NCBI RefSeq assembly: GCF_018977255.1 | Contig: NW_024704743.1 | Coordinates: forward strand, 9,054,001-9,118,000 | Direction of reading: 5' to 3' | DNA length: 64,000 bases | Origin: Callorhinchus milii | Lineage: Eukaryota | Shown here: positions 1 through 13,716 of the stretch, piece after piece | Layout of the letters: each line of letters starts with the position of its first letter | Numbering within the stretch: position 1 is the stretch's first letter | Notes under the pieces: generated by a model | What the model saw: the letters and a program-made list of their open reading frames with translations, nothing else | Told to the model about the DNA's origin: nothing | Database searches by the model: none | Made by a program: the position numbers and the translations under genes

Positions 1-223
1 ACAATTTGTCTCAGCCCTGTGTTAAGGAAGAGGGCAAGTGTGAAAGAAATTAACCAGACCTCCTTCTGGAAGAAAAAAATGGCGTCAAACACCTTTGGGG
101 GGAGAATATTGGTGGAGAAATAAATTGGTGAGAGAATCAAAACAAAAACACTGCCACATCCAAAAACATCCCAAGACACGGGTCACATTAAAATTGAGGT
201 CGATGGACCGTGCAAAAATACCT

Positions 224-229
224 TTTATT
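224..229 (-). terminator. Candidate polyadenylation signal AATAAA
   Basis: Plus-strand TTTATT, followed in sense by a GU/U-rich tract (tgtgacccgtgtcttgggatgtttttggatgtggcagtgtttttgttttg). A second AATAAA lies at 717-722. Confidence 0.5.
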
Positions 230-393
230 CGACGTTCACGTGATTTGTACTTATAAAATATGTCCAAAGTGGGGAAAAGTGTAACAGAGTTCCCTATATC
301 CAACAATCACACCTTTTTAAAGCCAAATGTAACATTCATCTGCACTGCAGAGGGGAAATCAAACAGCATTGTCCTGTATATACACAATAACAG

Positions 394-425
394 GGGACAG
401 TAGCGGAAAGGGACAGTAGCGGAAA
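394..425. repeat. Perfect tandem duplication, 2 x 16 bp (gggacagtagcggaaa), in the 3' UTR
   Basis: Read directly from the sequence. Confidence 0.9.
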
Positions 426-787
426 AAGTACAACTGTGAATTATCAACCATGAATCACACCATCTGGGGGAGAAGCAAATGACTGTAGACCTTGTGTTCT
501 TCTACTTCCACCTGATTGTCAGAGTGAGAGGAGGTGTTTTGATATTCCTGTGTGTGAACTGTCGCAGGCAACAAGACAGACGGAGGCAGATTAAGGCCGG
601 TGAGTCTCACCTCATCTCACATTACTGAAGGCACTGAAAAGAGAGACCATGGCTGGAGAAACTGCTAACATTTAGCGTTCTCCCTTGATTCTCAGAGAGA
701 CAAATTCAAGATTTTTTTTATTTGATTTGATTTTTTTAAAAAAGTGACCTCTTGCCATGTATTAGTTGAAAGTTTCTTACTGTGAGC

Positions 788-1192
<405 letters not shown>

Positions 1193-1499
1193 TCATAGGC
1201 ACAAACTTCTTGAGATTTCGCCCTCTGAAGGGGAAAAATGCTCAGATATTCATTATTTATAATGATCATTTTGCTGCTAAATTATGCATACATCATTATT
1301 GATAAATGTAATAATGGCATATTCACATATCACCTCATAAATCATACCGACATCCCCGTGGCTGTCACTTACTACTTCACAAGTTGCACAAAAAGAGCTG
1401 GGCACAGACTATAAAGGTTAGCTGATCGCTGCTTAAAAGCAGAAATTTCTGCCAACGTTAGCAACCCAGCATCACCATACATGGAACTCATATAGTCCA

Positions 1500-1790
1500 A
1501 ACTGACACTCCAATGCAAGGCTAGGACGTGCTGTCCTTCGGATGAGATATTAACATGAGGCCCATCTGCCTCTTCAGGTGAACACTAAGTTCTATGGCAC
1601 TATTCAAAAATGAAGGGAGTTTCCTTTAATGTCCTGGTCAACAACCCTCCAAATAAAATTTGTCGTTCATTCTGTCGGGTATAGCTGTACGCAAATTGAC
1701 TGCCGTATTCACCCACAAAACATACAGTCACTCCACTTACAATCCTGCGAAGCGTTTAAGACATGCTCCAAACGTGAAAAAACTATGTAA
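1500..1790 (+). mobile_element. SINE family A (tRNA head, Deu-like body, L2-type tail), 5'-truncated
   Basis: ctgtccttcggatgagatattaa...catctgcctcttcaggtgaac...gtcctggtcaac...caaattgactgcc body shared with many copies in the window. Confidence 0.75.
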
Positions 1791-1844
1791 CATCCTCAGT
1801 CAACAGGTAAGCTTCAAAATGTGTTAGGAGCCAGAAGTCTCAGT

Positions 1845-2248
1845 TTATAATCTTTGCATTTGATCACGACATTGACATGTCCCAAAGCGCTTCACAGGAC
1901 TTTCCTGTACAGTGCAGTGAATGTGTGTTTGTAGGCAACTTTGGTAGCTAATTTGTAATTTCTCCTTAGCCAATGTCTCACAGATAGCCTTAAGTGATTG
2001 ACCAATTTTATCTGGGGAATTGTAGGCCAGGACACCAGGAGAAACTCTTCTCTTTTTGATCAGTGCCACAGGACTTTAACAGGCAGATAGGACCTTGATT
2101 TAACATTTCATTCAAAGGATGAACCTGACAATGCAATGCTCCCTCAGCACCAAGATGGAATGTCAGCCTAAACACTGAGTTCAAAGTCCTGAGTCCAGTA
2201 ACCTTCTGATGCAGAGACAAGAGTGTTACCAACTGAGCCAGGCTGACA
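1845..2248 (-). mobile_element. SINE family A, near full length
   Basis: Head tgtcagcctggctcagttggtaacactcttgtctctgcatcagaagg, Deu-like body, tail gtgaagcgctttgggacatg...tcaaatgcaaagattata. Confidence 0.85.
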
Positions 2249-3081
2249 AATAGCAGCTTATCTGCAGGTTACTCATCACATCAACCCACGGTAACTCTTC
2301 TGGCTGACACTCCAAGCAAAGTGCTTTGAGACGATTTGACAATGTGATAAGACCCAATACCGCATATTGTATGCAACATTGAAGATCACTTTATAATATA
2401 CTTCACCCACAAAATATACAGTCAATTCACTTTACAGTATATTCTTTACAGCTTTGAGACATCTTGAAGAAGTGATAAGGCACTAAATCAAATGCAAGAA
2501 TTATCATTATTATCAGAAACTCTGTGTTCCTGAAGATCAATCACATCCTCACTGAAAGATTGATTTAACATTTCATTCAAAGGATGAACCTGACAATGCA
2601 ATGCTCCCTCAGCACCAAGATGGAATGTCAGCCTAAACACCGAGTTCAAAGTCCTGAGTCTGAGGAATAAGATGTTTGAGTCATACATGTTTAGACAAAA
2701 CACTGAGGCCGTTTTTTGGGTGAGAGTCACAATAGCTGATGAGCCCCACTATGTCACTTCATTGTTTAATGTTTTTTATGCAACCTCGCTCTTATTTAGT
2801 TTAATTTTGCTGTAACACTTAAATTCTTTTTGGAATGTAGTAAAGGGCTACCGAATAACCCTTGCGACCCATAAAAACAACTGAAAGTTATTTAAACAGA
2901 GGGAGATGAATTATCAACATGGAAAGCTATTCAATAACAGTCTAGCATGAAGACAGACAGATGGCAGAGTACTCCTGAACAGCACACCCTTTTTGACATG
3001 TTCTACCCTTGTGTATGTTTTGGGTTCATTTACACTTAGAAACAAGGGAAGAGAGGTTATATTTGTAGAGAGACTTGAAAA

Positions 3082-3380
3082 TAATAATAATTCTTGCATT
3101 GGTGTAGAGCCTTATCATGTTGTCAAGTTGTCTGAAAGCACTTCGCAGGATACACTGTAAAATGGATTGACTGTGTATTTTGTGAGTGAAGCATGGCAGC
3201 CAGTTTGAGCACAACAGTGTTCCACAAGCAGCAATGGAATGAGTGACCAATTTTATTTGAAGATTGTTGGCCAGGACACCAGGAGAACTTTAACGGCTAT
3301 CATGGGATCTTTAACGTCCACCTGAACATGGTGACGGGACATCTCACCCAAAGGCCAGCACCTCCAACAATGCAAACCTC
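3082..3380 (-). mobile_element. SINE family A, 5'-truncated
   Basis: Same body and (ATT)n tail as other copies. Confidence 0.8.
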
Positions 3381-3409
3381 TCCCTCCCCCCAGCACTGCA
3401 TTGCACTAC

Positions 3410-3672
3410 GGCCTCCTAATTATCCCTCTTGCGGCTCCACCATCGGTGGCTGTGCCTTCAGCCACTACGCCCCAAAATTCTGGAACTCTCTCCCCCGATC
3501 CCTCTGCCGTGCCCCCTCTCTCGCCACATTCAAATTCCACCTGAAGACCTTCCTTTTTGATCGTGCTTACAGTCACCTCCCCCCTTGGGTCGTTGTCAGA
3601 CTCCGCCACTGTGAAACGCTCCAGGACGCTATCCGGCGTGAAGGGTGCTATATAAACCAAGTTGTTGTTGTT
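3410..3672 (+). mobile_element. L2 LINE 3' end
   Basis: Encodes STIGGCAFSHYAPKFWNSLP...FKFHLKTFLF (L2 ORF2 C-terminus) and ends in (TTG)n. Confidence 0.85.
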
Positions 3673-4160
3673 GGCTTGTATTTACGGGTACGGGGAAAGA
3701 GCAGGGAGATTGCATTGGAGTAGAGAACTGCTCTCGCATCAGCACAGACATTTTGGTTCAAATGGCCGTTTCCTGTGATTCTATTCATCCACATATAACA
3801 GTATAGAGTTCGGCCAACATTTTGAGAAATTGGTCAGCATATTGCACAACTTTAAACAAATATTTATTAAATTTATTTGTTTAAAAAAAGTGAACTCAAT
3901 TCAAAGGAAGGCAAAGTTAGTTAACTTTCACCTCTCCTTTAAAAAAGTGCAGAATTTAATTGTGCTGTCAGTGGCTAACTTGTTAGATAAGAAACTAGAC
4001 ACCGGGAAAATAAAATTCCAGACCGCAAGCAAAATTCATTATTCAGAATGGTTAATGCGTAAACCTTTCTCGTACATTTTGTACACCAATTACTTTTATA
4101 GCTTCAGGTATGAAATTCAAATAGCTTGACCTGATAAAGTCACGTGCCCTGGTGTCCTTA

Positions 4161-4316
<156 letters not shown>

Positions 4317-4493
4317 TTAAGCATTTTTGAGTGGCGATTCTGCACTGACACACAAGCCAGATGAACATTGCACTCACCTTCAGCACGGAGGTTTGCAGAG
4401 CAAAAACATTGTTGGATATTCAAAAATATCTTATATTCCTGCTTCCAAATTATATTCTTTTTCTTACATTTTCATAAAATTCATGGGGCAAAC

Positions 4494-4900
4494 ATAATAA
4501 TCCTTGTATTTGATATAGCACCTATCACATCAAGGAGGATATCTCAAAGTACTTCACAGGATTCACTGTGAAGTATTAGTAACTGTATTATATTAGGCCA
4601 TTGCACAGAAATGTCCCACAAACACCACAAAGTGAACAACCAATTTTAGCTGGGAGATTGTTGGCCAGGACATAGGAAGAAACTCCCTTCACTTTGAATA
4701 GTGTGATGCATCTTTAAAGTCCACCTGAACAGGCTGATGGGACCTTGGTTCAGCATCTCATCTAAAGGATGGCATCTCCAACAATTCAGCGCTCCCCTAG
4801 TACTGCACTGGAGTGTCAGCCTTGGAATGTAGGAGTTCAAAGTCCCTACATGGGATTGAACCCGCAACCTTCTGACTTAGAGGCACGACTGAGCCAGGCG
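4494..4900 (-). mobile_element. SINE family A, near full length
   Basis: Head gcctggctcagtc...cctctaagtcagaaggttgcgggttcaatccc, body and tail present. Confidence 0.85.
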
Positions 4901-5544
4901 TTCCAAAGGTAAATGATGTCCATTTCCCACATGAGGGCAATATTAGGTACAGTGATTCCAGGTTAAACTGTTGATTGAACATGCTGCTGTGGGGAACCAG
5001 TGCTCATTTCCTGGATGTTTTATGGCCCTGTTGCTGGTTAATATTAATGTTAATATGAAAAGACGTGTGTAATAAAAAAGTACATGAACTCAATATTTAA
5101 AGTTCTGCAATTATCTCCTTAAATTTTTTGTTTGAATTGGATATTTTAAATCGCTATTATGGATCTGTTAATTGGGTTATTGCTCCTAAAGGTTATTGCT
5201 GGTTAATATTAAACTCAGTATTGCTGGTTCGTTCTAACAGACTGGAAGAAATAATAATACATCGGTTGTTCTACAAAATAAAATGTAAAGATGTTATTCA
5301 ATAGGGGGTTTCCAATACAGATCATTATGTAACAAATATGTTGAAACATAAGTGGGAATCTGTCACCCAGGAGAATAACTAAGTTCAAAAATAAATCTGC
5401 AAGCACAGATTTATTTTTCCTTCTCTTGCAACACACATTCCTTGGAAGCATTCACCAACTGTACAAATATTGCGTAACAAGTAAGAGTCGATTATGGTTC
5501 CGAGATACCAGGGCATGAGCTGGAAATGAGCATTGCATTCTACA

Positions 5545-5770
5545 CCAACAACAAATAACACTTGTATAGCGCCCTTCATGTCGGAAAGATGTCCCAGGGC
5601 ACTGGACAATCGGGGGTTTTGGACCTGAGCTGAGAGTTGGGGTCAGAAGGGGAGGAGGGCAGGGGGAGGTGGGGGTGGGAGGGTGGCTGAAGGCAAGGTC
5701 AAAGAGGAAAGTCTTTAAACGGGACTTGAAAGAGGCAAGAGATGGGGTGAGGCGGAGTGATTGCGGGATA
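5545..5770 (-). mobile_element. L2 LINE 3' end
   Basis: IPQSLRLTPSLASFKSRLKTFLFDLAF, C-rich 3' UTR, TTG tail. Confidence 0.85.
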
Positions 5771-8700
5771 GAGTATAGCATACGGGATAGAGTACAGATA
5801 GATTCTACAGCACAAATGAGACAGGGCTGGTCCACCCAGGTACACAAGGATGTCAAAGATCCAAGAAATAAAAGGGTCAAGGGATACGGTGGGAATTGAC
5901 ACCAGAATGAATCACCAGAAAGTAAAGCACATGAATGAACAGAGGAAGGAGGAGAGGAGGAGAAGAGAGTCACGACTGGTGGGTGGGGGTGGGGGAGTGG
6001 TGGCTTGGGGAGATTGTAAAAAATCCTAAAGTTAAACACAGTCCTGGCACTGGTACAGGTGCATAAATATTCAAGCATTAAATCTCCAAATCTCTTTCGT
6101 CAGGAACATGAAAGCAAACCAAAGGTTACAAAAATTAGAATGCACTCAACTGTACTGAGGGCAAGCAGTTTTTATGGCTTAAGCCATCATTAGTTTTCAT
6201 CAGGATTTCATTCAAACCTTAATTTTTTTAAATTAATCCTTTTCTGTGCATGAATCAGTTACATTCCACGCTGAAATTCAATAGCATTGGAGACATTCCT
6301 GATGATTGCACAGCTATTGTGAAGACAAACTGTTCTTGCAGGTTGTTTCAATGAACTTAAGTTCCCAAATTGGACAGAGTAGTAAGACCCCAATAGATGT
6401 GCCAATGGGAACATAAAAACTATGCAATCATCAGCCCTCTCTAAATACCCATACCCAAAAGCTTGAAAATCACAATGTGGACTTCAGTCGTTGAATTTAT
6501 TGGTGAACTTTTTTAAGCTGATGTGGGAACTTGAACCATTATCTGGTCCCCAGCATTCTTTACTGCACCAGTGTGTACATTTCTATTTCCCAAACCAGCC
6601 ACTCTCATGACCTTTCTCAGAGAGGTCACAGATGTTGTGCCCATTTCCTGTTGCCTTCGGAACCATATCTTTGCCTGAATGAATCTGGGTGTGAGATGTG
6701 GGATCCCTACATTTTTGGCAAAATGGAGAGAACTTAATTCTGTTGGGAAACACTTCTGGAGGTGAAAAGTTAGTCACTGCTTTACAGTGGATTCTCAACT
6801 TAACCACAGTCATCATGAAATTATAAACACTAAGGAGAGGGGAAGAGAGAAGAAAGGATCTTTTCAACAATCGTTAAACAGGAAAACACAGCAATAAGGG
6901 CGGCGGAGTAAATGGTGATGTGAGTTTGTTACTGTAGACAAGAGGATTGTTTATATTATTCTCAAACAACATGCAATCATTAGGCAAAAGGAAATACACA
7001 TAACAGGCTTTTCACCAGACATGAGATAAGATTGAGAACAAGCTGCTTTTGCAAACTCATCGATTCTGACCAGGAGCTCAGAGAGAGAGAGGGAGAGGAA
7101 CTCCCTTCAGTCAGAGTTGGGAATGATTCCTTTCATTTATATTTGCTGTTACCACTTGGCCTTGATCACTAGCTTGGAGGCTGCGATGTGAATCACACGC
7201 TTCTAGGAGGCAGTGCGCTGAACCTGAAATGATTCTATTCCTTAAGGTAGTAAGTGCCTCTCTCCTCAGGAATCCCCCTCTGTTCATTACAGGAAGCCAT
7301 AAACCAAGGTTAGCCGTCTGTCTGAAGCTGTTATGAAATTAAGATACACAAGAGATTGCCCTTTGACCTTCAGTAGTTACGTCCCAAGTCTTTCAGAGTG
7401 CAACGGTTTCTCACAGCTCTGGTTATCCCTCCATTCACCCCCCTCCCCTCCATAAGATAAGCAGTGCTGCACAGGACAGAAAGCAGCTGATAAACAAGGC
7501 CCCCAATACTCGCAGAAGAAAGCAACACATGTTTATTTTCACACTGGAATCAAAAACCCAGACCGCAACAAGTAAAACACAGGTTTCAAACTTTAATCGG
7601 ATTCTGTTAAAAGCTGAAATATTCAGAACTTACATTACAATCAACATTTTTTTAAAAAAGCACAAAGCTGGTGATGTGGTTGCAGTAAAGTTTGATCGGT
7701 GAAAGAAACCATCAAACACTTTGCAAAGGTCAATGGTTCTAACCCAGCAATAGGACAAAAAGAGTAACATATACAACCTCACAGTAATAATCTTTTCTCA
7801 TCCTAAATATTTATCAACTCAGCACGTGTTAAATTTAACAACATATATTATGTGTACACACACATACACGCAAGTTCCCAGAGCATTCCTCACAACACAG
7901 CACATTGTCTGCAATAACTGGGAAGAAATGTTTAAAATCACTGGGTTCAATGGTTGTTTGAAATATTCAAATAGACAACAAAAGCACACAATTTTCTTTT
8001 AAGGTCAAATAAGTTTTGCTCTAATTACAGCAAACCCTCTATATAATGTCATTATCTGTGGAGTACAAAAAGCATGTTTCAGGGAGGATGTATTTTTTAA
8101 GATGTTTCCCTGTTAATGAGGAAACCATAAATAATGCAGTGTGTCAGAACGCATTACAGTGAGGAGGGGTGACTACTTATCTCTCATTCCCTGCATCTGA
8201 ATCACTTGAAAGCGTATATGGAGGTTTAAGGACCTAACTGGTAGGGATTCATAAAAGGATTTACAGACATCAAATCCAGTATCTGGATATGTCTCCTCTA
8301 ACCCACTGGAACTCCATTGGGACACCCGTCTCCCAATGGCCACCTCCTCCTTCAGTCACAACCTGACTCCGTTTTAGTCAGATACAAGTTTGGTGTCCGA
8401 ACGGAGATAGGAGTTTGTTAGTTTGGAATCTTCCCACAAACCTCCTGTAAAGTGGATGCTGTGATTTCTCACTATTTGCTACCAGGCGCATGTTTACAAG
8501 GAACTCAATTTGGGGAGTGGAGTGGAACAGGGTGTGGGAGTGGTAGGAAAGAGGGGGAGGAAATCAGTGCACGCTATACCAGTGAATTAGATGGGTGGGG
8601 AGGGAGAATTGAAAGCAAAATTGCACACTTCGTGATAGCCATTTGAAATCGATATGGACAGTCAGTACACAATACACTAAATTCGCACTAAAGTATACGC

Positions 8701-9331
8701 GCCCCTATTTTACACCATCACAATGTTTGATGGGGGGCTGGAGTCCTGTCTGGCCAAAGTCGCAGATTCAGGTCCGTTTCTTTTTTAAAAAAGTGGCAGA
8801 AAGCAGCCAGGATACTACAGTAAGTAGTACTTACTACAGTAAGTAGTAAGGACTCCGTGGCTATCTTGAATTTGTGCTCAGCACTGAAATACTGGCCATA
8901 AATAGATATCTTCAAATCAGTGCACCCTCACTTCAAACAAGCATAACTTTGCACTCAATATTACACAACAGCTTTGTACAAGCCGTCCAGCTTTAGTTTT
9001 CAGGCCCATTAGATATGCCGGCTACAATGTAACAAAATAAAAACTATAGTCTATATAGAGAGTCTATATATATCACAGAGGCACTTGATGTCTTTTTCTC
9101 AACGACACGTCAGTTCATGTAACATTGTTTTTAAAAATAAAGCCCTTTTGTGACTGTCTGAGTTGAGCTACTAAAAAAACACACATCTGATGGGCTTTCA
9201 GTTCCACAGTTCCTCTGAAAACAAATTGCTACCAGTACAATATAAAAATACCACACTTGTAATGCATTAAGCTCCATGTTACTTTTCCCACACAGAGCTT
9301 CAGCCAAACACATGCTGGCCAGAAGAAGAAT

Positions 9332-9373
9332 GGGTTAGTCCAGTCAATCAGGGGTTAGTCCAGTTAATCAGGG
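9332..9373. repeat. Tandem duplication, 2 x 20 bp (gggttagtccagtYaatcag)
   Basis: Read directly; 1 mismatch. Confidence 0.85.
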
Positions 9374-9616
9374 GGTGAGCAATAGGTTGCTTCCCCTCAC
9401 AGAATGATGCCCAATGAAGCAATGACAGATATTGGTACGAGATGATATTAGCAATGATGCAACCACGGATGGAGACGAGTAGGGAGTTAGAAGTTAACAG
9501 GCCAAAGGCACTCGATTCCTCACTGCCTTTTTGTCCGCAGACCGAAGGATCAGTGTTTGAAGGTGCTGGTCTTAATCAAAGTTCACTGCCCTCGGTCCCC
9601 AACTGGACACAGTCTA

Positions 9617-9790
<174 letters not shown>

Positions 9791-11837
9791 TCAGGCACTC
9801 AGAGCTTAGTGTAGAGCCAATAAAATCCAACCAGTAGCTTGAACTTCACTTTTAATTTACTGTTGTTTAAATCATGCCATGTGACGAGAGGAACAGCTGG
9901 AGAAGGTTGGGGGAGGAGGCGGTGGTGATCACATTCTAGTTTCTTTCACTATAGTATAACTAACAAATTCACAGTTTAGAGGGAATTCACTTTTCTTGAA
10001 AAGGAGATCAGCTGCTGATAATTGACTTATCTGAATATCCCATTGCTAAAATATTGTGTGCATGTTGTGTGTGTGGGGGGCTGGGGAGGAAGAAATAAAT
10101 GCGGTATGTGATGTGCTAATAGTGAAAGTGCTAACTATTATTAATAACTTGTGGTAACTGGTGATAACTACTAATAATACAGATAGCTATCACATTATAT
10201 ACTGCATTTTCATCTCACGTTTTTAATAAACACCCAACAGAATTTTGAACGAAAGCAACATCTCTTTATTGGAAAATAACAATGATTTCTTTGATATGGT
10301 CCCTTTCACATCAGGAAAACAACTAATTCAAAGGGCCTCACAAGATTTACTGCAAAGTGGAGTGACTGTGTATTTTGTAGGCAAATGAGAATAGACTGAT
10401 TTTAATTAGCATTTGGCTATGAGATGTCCTTTCTTTCACCTGTAGAGGATCTCAGTTCAGTATTAAAAGGGCTTTTGTATCCTGTGCCCCACAAAAATCA
10501 ATTGAGTAGATAAGTTAATCAATTTTAACTGAAACATCGATCATGGTCAGATTTAAAAGCAGATTAACCAATGTGGACCATCAACAAAACAAAATTCACA
10601 CTTAAGGAGAGCGAGAAATTGAGAAAGAAGCTGCTTGGAGCAAAAGTGAATTTAAAAGTAGTTCCAGGAAGACTTTTAAAATTAATGATCACAAAACAAT
10701 CCATCACTTTGCCTCTATACCTAGCACAGAAATTGATGAATTGTAAGTAAATAGTGGCTTTGATGTGCAGTTGCTTTGTGGTTTAGTCCGTGCCAGGCCA
10801 GACACCTCTCCTCAACCCTTACCAGGGTTTCATGGTTAGCTACGTTATGATGTGTTATGCAGTTTTTGCTGGTTGAACTCCAGCAGTACCCCAATGAACA
10901 TTCCGGGGGCCCCAATCTTTGGCTCTTGCCACCCTGCATCTAATAGTATCTGGAATTAGACAAACAGGGTGCAACCCTCTGGGGAGAGAGTGTACATTCT
11001 GCTCCAGGTAGAGGAAATTTTCATGTGTAGGTGGCACACACATATGGATCCCTCAATCTGGTTTGGATATTCTTAAGCATGGTGATGAATTTCCACATGT
11101 GTCAGACACTAGGCTAGTCAAAAATGCTTGCCAGTCAAGATGGGCAAATCGCAGACAATGTTAACACTAACTGGCAACAACAACCAAACTTACAAAATAA
11201 GGAAGACAAAATGAGCCAAATTTGCACTTCAGCTTTCTAGCAAACCTCCTTTATACCTGAGTTGATGGACACAAACCGCCATATTGTAACAGTGACGTAT
11301 ATTAACTGGGTAACATTAACGATTAAAAATTACAGGAAAAATTGCAGTTGCTGACATTCAATCTGAATCAGTCATCAACAGAAATCATTTTCCAATAAAA
11401 CGGCAGCTCTTGGACCACCTGAAACAAGATCTTTAAACACTAGGAATGCCATTTCCCGGTTTTCAGCTCTTTAATGAAGGGCGGAGGATTGAAACTGTGT
11501 TCTTCACATAAATAGATTATTATCGGTGCTCACATACTCCTGCATCAATTACAGCAAGTTCTGAGGACCCAAAAGGTCTGGAAATATCATTTGGTTTCAG
11601 CTTGATGGATGGGAAATAGCATCTTACACGTGTTACCATTAAAATCACAGAACATTCAGCGTCAGAGGAGACTGTTTGGCCCATTGAGCCTAAAATGGTG
11701 CTGGCTCACCCACAAGAGCTAACCACGCGAAACCCAATTTCCTGCTTGTTCTCCATACCCATTTATTGACTGAAAAATGTCCGATTCGGTTTACATCATC
11801 GCAATTTTACTTTGATTTTACTGCCAATGTTCTTTAT

Positions 11838-12185
11838 TAATTCTTACATTTGCTATAGTGCTTTTCACATCAGGAACATGTCCCAAAGCACTTCATAGGA
11901 ATTATTGTGAAGTTGAGAGACTGTATTTGTGGGTGAATGCAGCAGCCAATTTGCACACAGCAATGCCCCACAAACAGCAATGAAGGGAATGGCCAGTTTA
12001 ATTTGGGGAATTGTTGTCGAGGACACAGGGAGAAACTTATTTTTGATTAGTGCCATGGGATCTTTAATGTCCACCTGAACAGGCAGACAAATCCTCGGTT
12101 TAATGACTCATCCATAGGACAATGCAACACACCAGCAGCGCTGCATTGGAGTGTCAGCTCAGAGAATGTGAGTTCAAGTCCTGAT
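11838..12185 (-). mobile_element. SINE family A
   Basis: Body and tail match other copies. Confidence 0.8.
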
Positions 12186-12609
12186 GTGAAGGCAGAGGAG
12201 AATCAGAGCCGGATTTAAGCGAATTTGGCTGTGAATTATGCCATTGACCTCCACAAAGTTCAGAAGCCGCTATGTCTGTTTTGCAATTGCCGCAATTTCT
12301 ACCCCACTGTTCAAAGCTCCAGTTTCGAAGCTTCAGTTCAGAAATAAGAGCAGTGAGAGCCCTGCTTGTTTTCCTTCGAGGGAAGATCAGTGAGCAGCAG
12401 CAAGTTAATGTACTGACTTATGCTATTTTGGAATTCATCCAAGAAAAGTGAACAAATTCCCAAAGAGGCCATTTGAAAAAAGGACACCGGGCTCGTTAAC
12501 ACAAGGAAATGCTGTGGAACACCACAAGCTTACCCAGGAATTGGTTAACTCTTTACGGACTGAACATTTGTCACAGCAGTCAAGCAGTGTTAATTAATGT
12601 CATTAATGT

Positions 12610-13022
12610 CTCATCCACGCCTTCGTCACTTCCCTGCTGGACTGTTCCAACACCCCAATGTCCTCCTCACTGGTCTCCCCAGTTCCACAATGCACAAAAC
12701 ACAACTAATTCAGAACTCTGCCGCCCGGATTCTCACCCGCACAAAACTCCAGACCCCCATCACACTAGTCCTTCCAATGGCTACCAATTACTGAACGTAT
12801 CGATTTCAAGATCATCTCACTCGTTTTCAAATCCTTTCATGCTCGAGCACCTCTCTACCTATCCGATTTGCTTATCCCCCCACTCCCCCACCCGCTACCT
12901 CCGCTCAGCTGGCTCCGGCCTCCTGTTGGTCCCTCGGCCCCTCCGCTCCACCATTGGTGGTCGTGCCTTCAGTCATTACACCCCAAAACTCTGGAACTCT
13001 CTCCCTCAATCCCTCAGCCTTG
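12610..13022 (+). mobile_element. L2 ORF2 fragment (older family)
   Basis: QLIQNSAARILTRTK...PIT and RSTIGGRAFSHYTPKLWNSLP in shifting frames; same family as 56275-56725. Confidence 0.85.
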
Positions 13023-13716
13023 CCAGTCACCCTTGTTCTAAATGTAATCCAGGAGGACCAGGGCTGTTGACGTGAAGTGGTCATTCACTTCACAGCTGTT
13101 TGTGGGACATTGCTCTGTACCAATTGGCTGTGGTGCTGGCCTGCAAATACACAGTCACTACACCTTACAGTAAAATCCTGTGAAGTGCTTTGCGAAGTTT
13201 CAACAACATGGTAAGACACCATACAAAATACCAGGATTTTTACACCCTGCATATGGAATATTTATTTAATAAGAAAATTACTGAAGCAAGGTGGGGGAGG
13301 CAAGATTCATGTGAAAATCATACAGACTTCAAAGGGTTATTTATTGAAGGAAAATTAATATTAAGATTGCCTACTGGAATGTGAGATTACACACCTCCCA
13401 GTGCTTACGTGTCCAGTCTTCCGCCTGTTTGAAATTGCCTCCAACTGCGTGCTCACAGGGCATTAAAATGTATTTTAACGCTTCGCAGGAAAACAAATCA
13501 AACAACCCTCCCTCTCCCTACACTCGCCTCGTGCTTCTCAGTTTCCAAAAACCAACCACACTGAACATTTTAAGTAACTACATCTTAAGTAGTTTTTATC
13601 AGTTCCAGTCACCGTTGTTCTAAATGTAATCCAATTTACATTTATATGGGGCGCTTCATGTCAGGAGGGCATTTCAAAGTGCTTAAAGTGTAACAAAGTG
13701 TAATAGTGCATCTGTT

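Larger units (their letters stand above)
1..787 (-). other. PARD3: PARD3 3' UTR (may continue beyond the window)
   Basis: Directly follows the stop codon on the minus strand and contains no recognisable TE. Confidence 0.8.

Noticed and set aside
5030..5230. Recurring ttgctggttaatattaa motif
   Set aside because: Two full and a few partial copies in AT-rich sequence with irregular spacing; not CRISPR-like, and the DNA is eukaryotic.
5645..5690. G-quadruplex-like G runs (also 63677-63709)
   Set aside because: The first is the reverse strand of an L2 C-rich UTR; there is no evidence of function for either from sequence alone.
5452..6078. 208-aa minus-strand ORF
   Set aside because: Low-complexity sequence plus an L2 3' end; no exon signals.
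8812..8850. tactacagtaagtagta twice with an internal palindrome
   Set aside because: Small slippage or foldback duplication; only two units and no spacers, so not an array.
12509..13075. 188-aa ORF (also 38768-39280, 48617-49310 and 60175-60681)
   Set aside because: Frameshifted or antisense readings of L2 and CR1 fragments.
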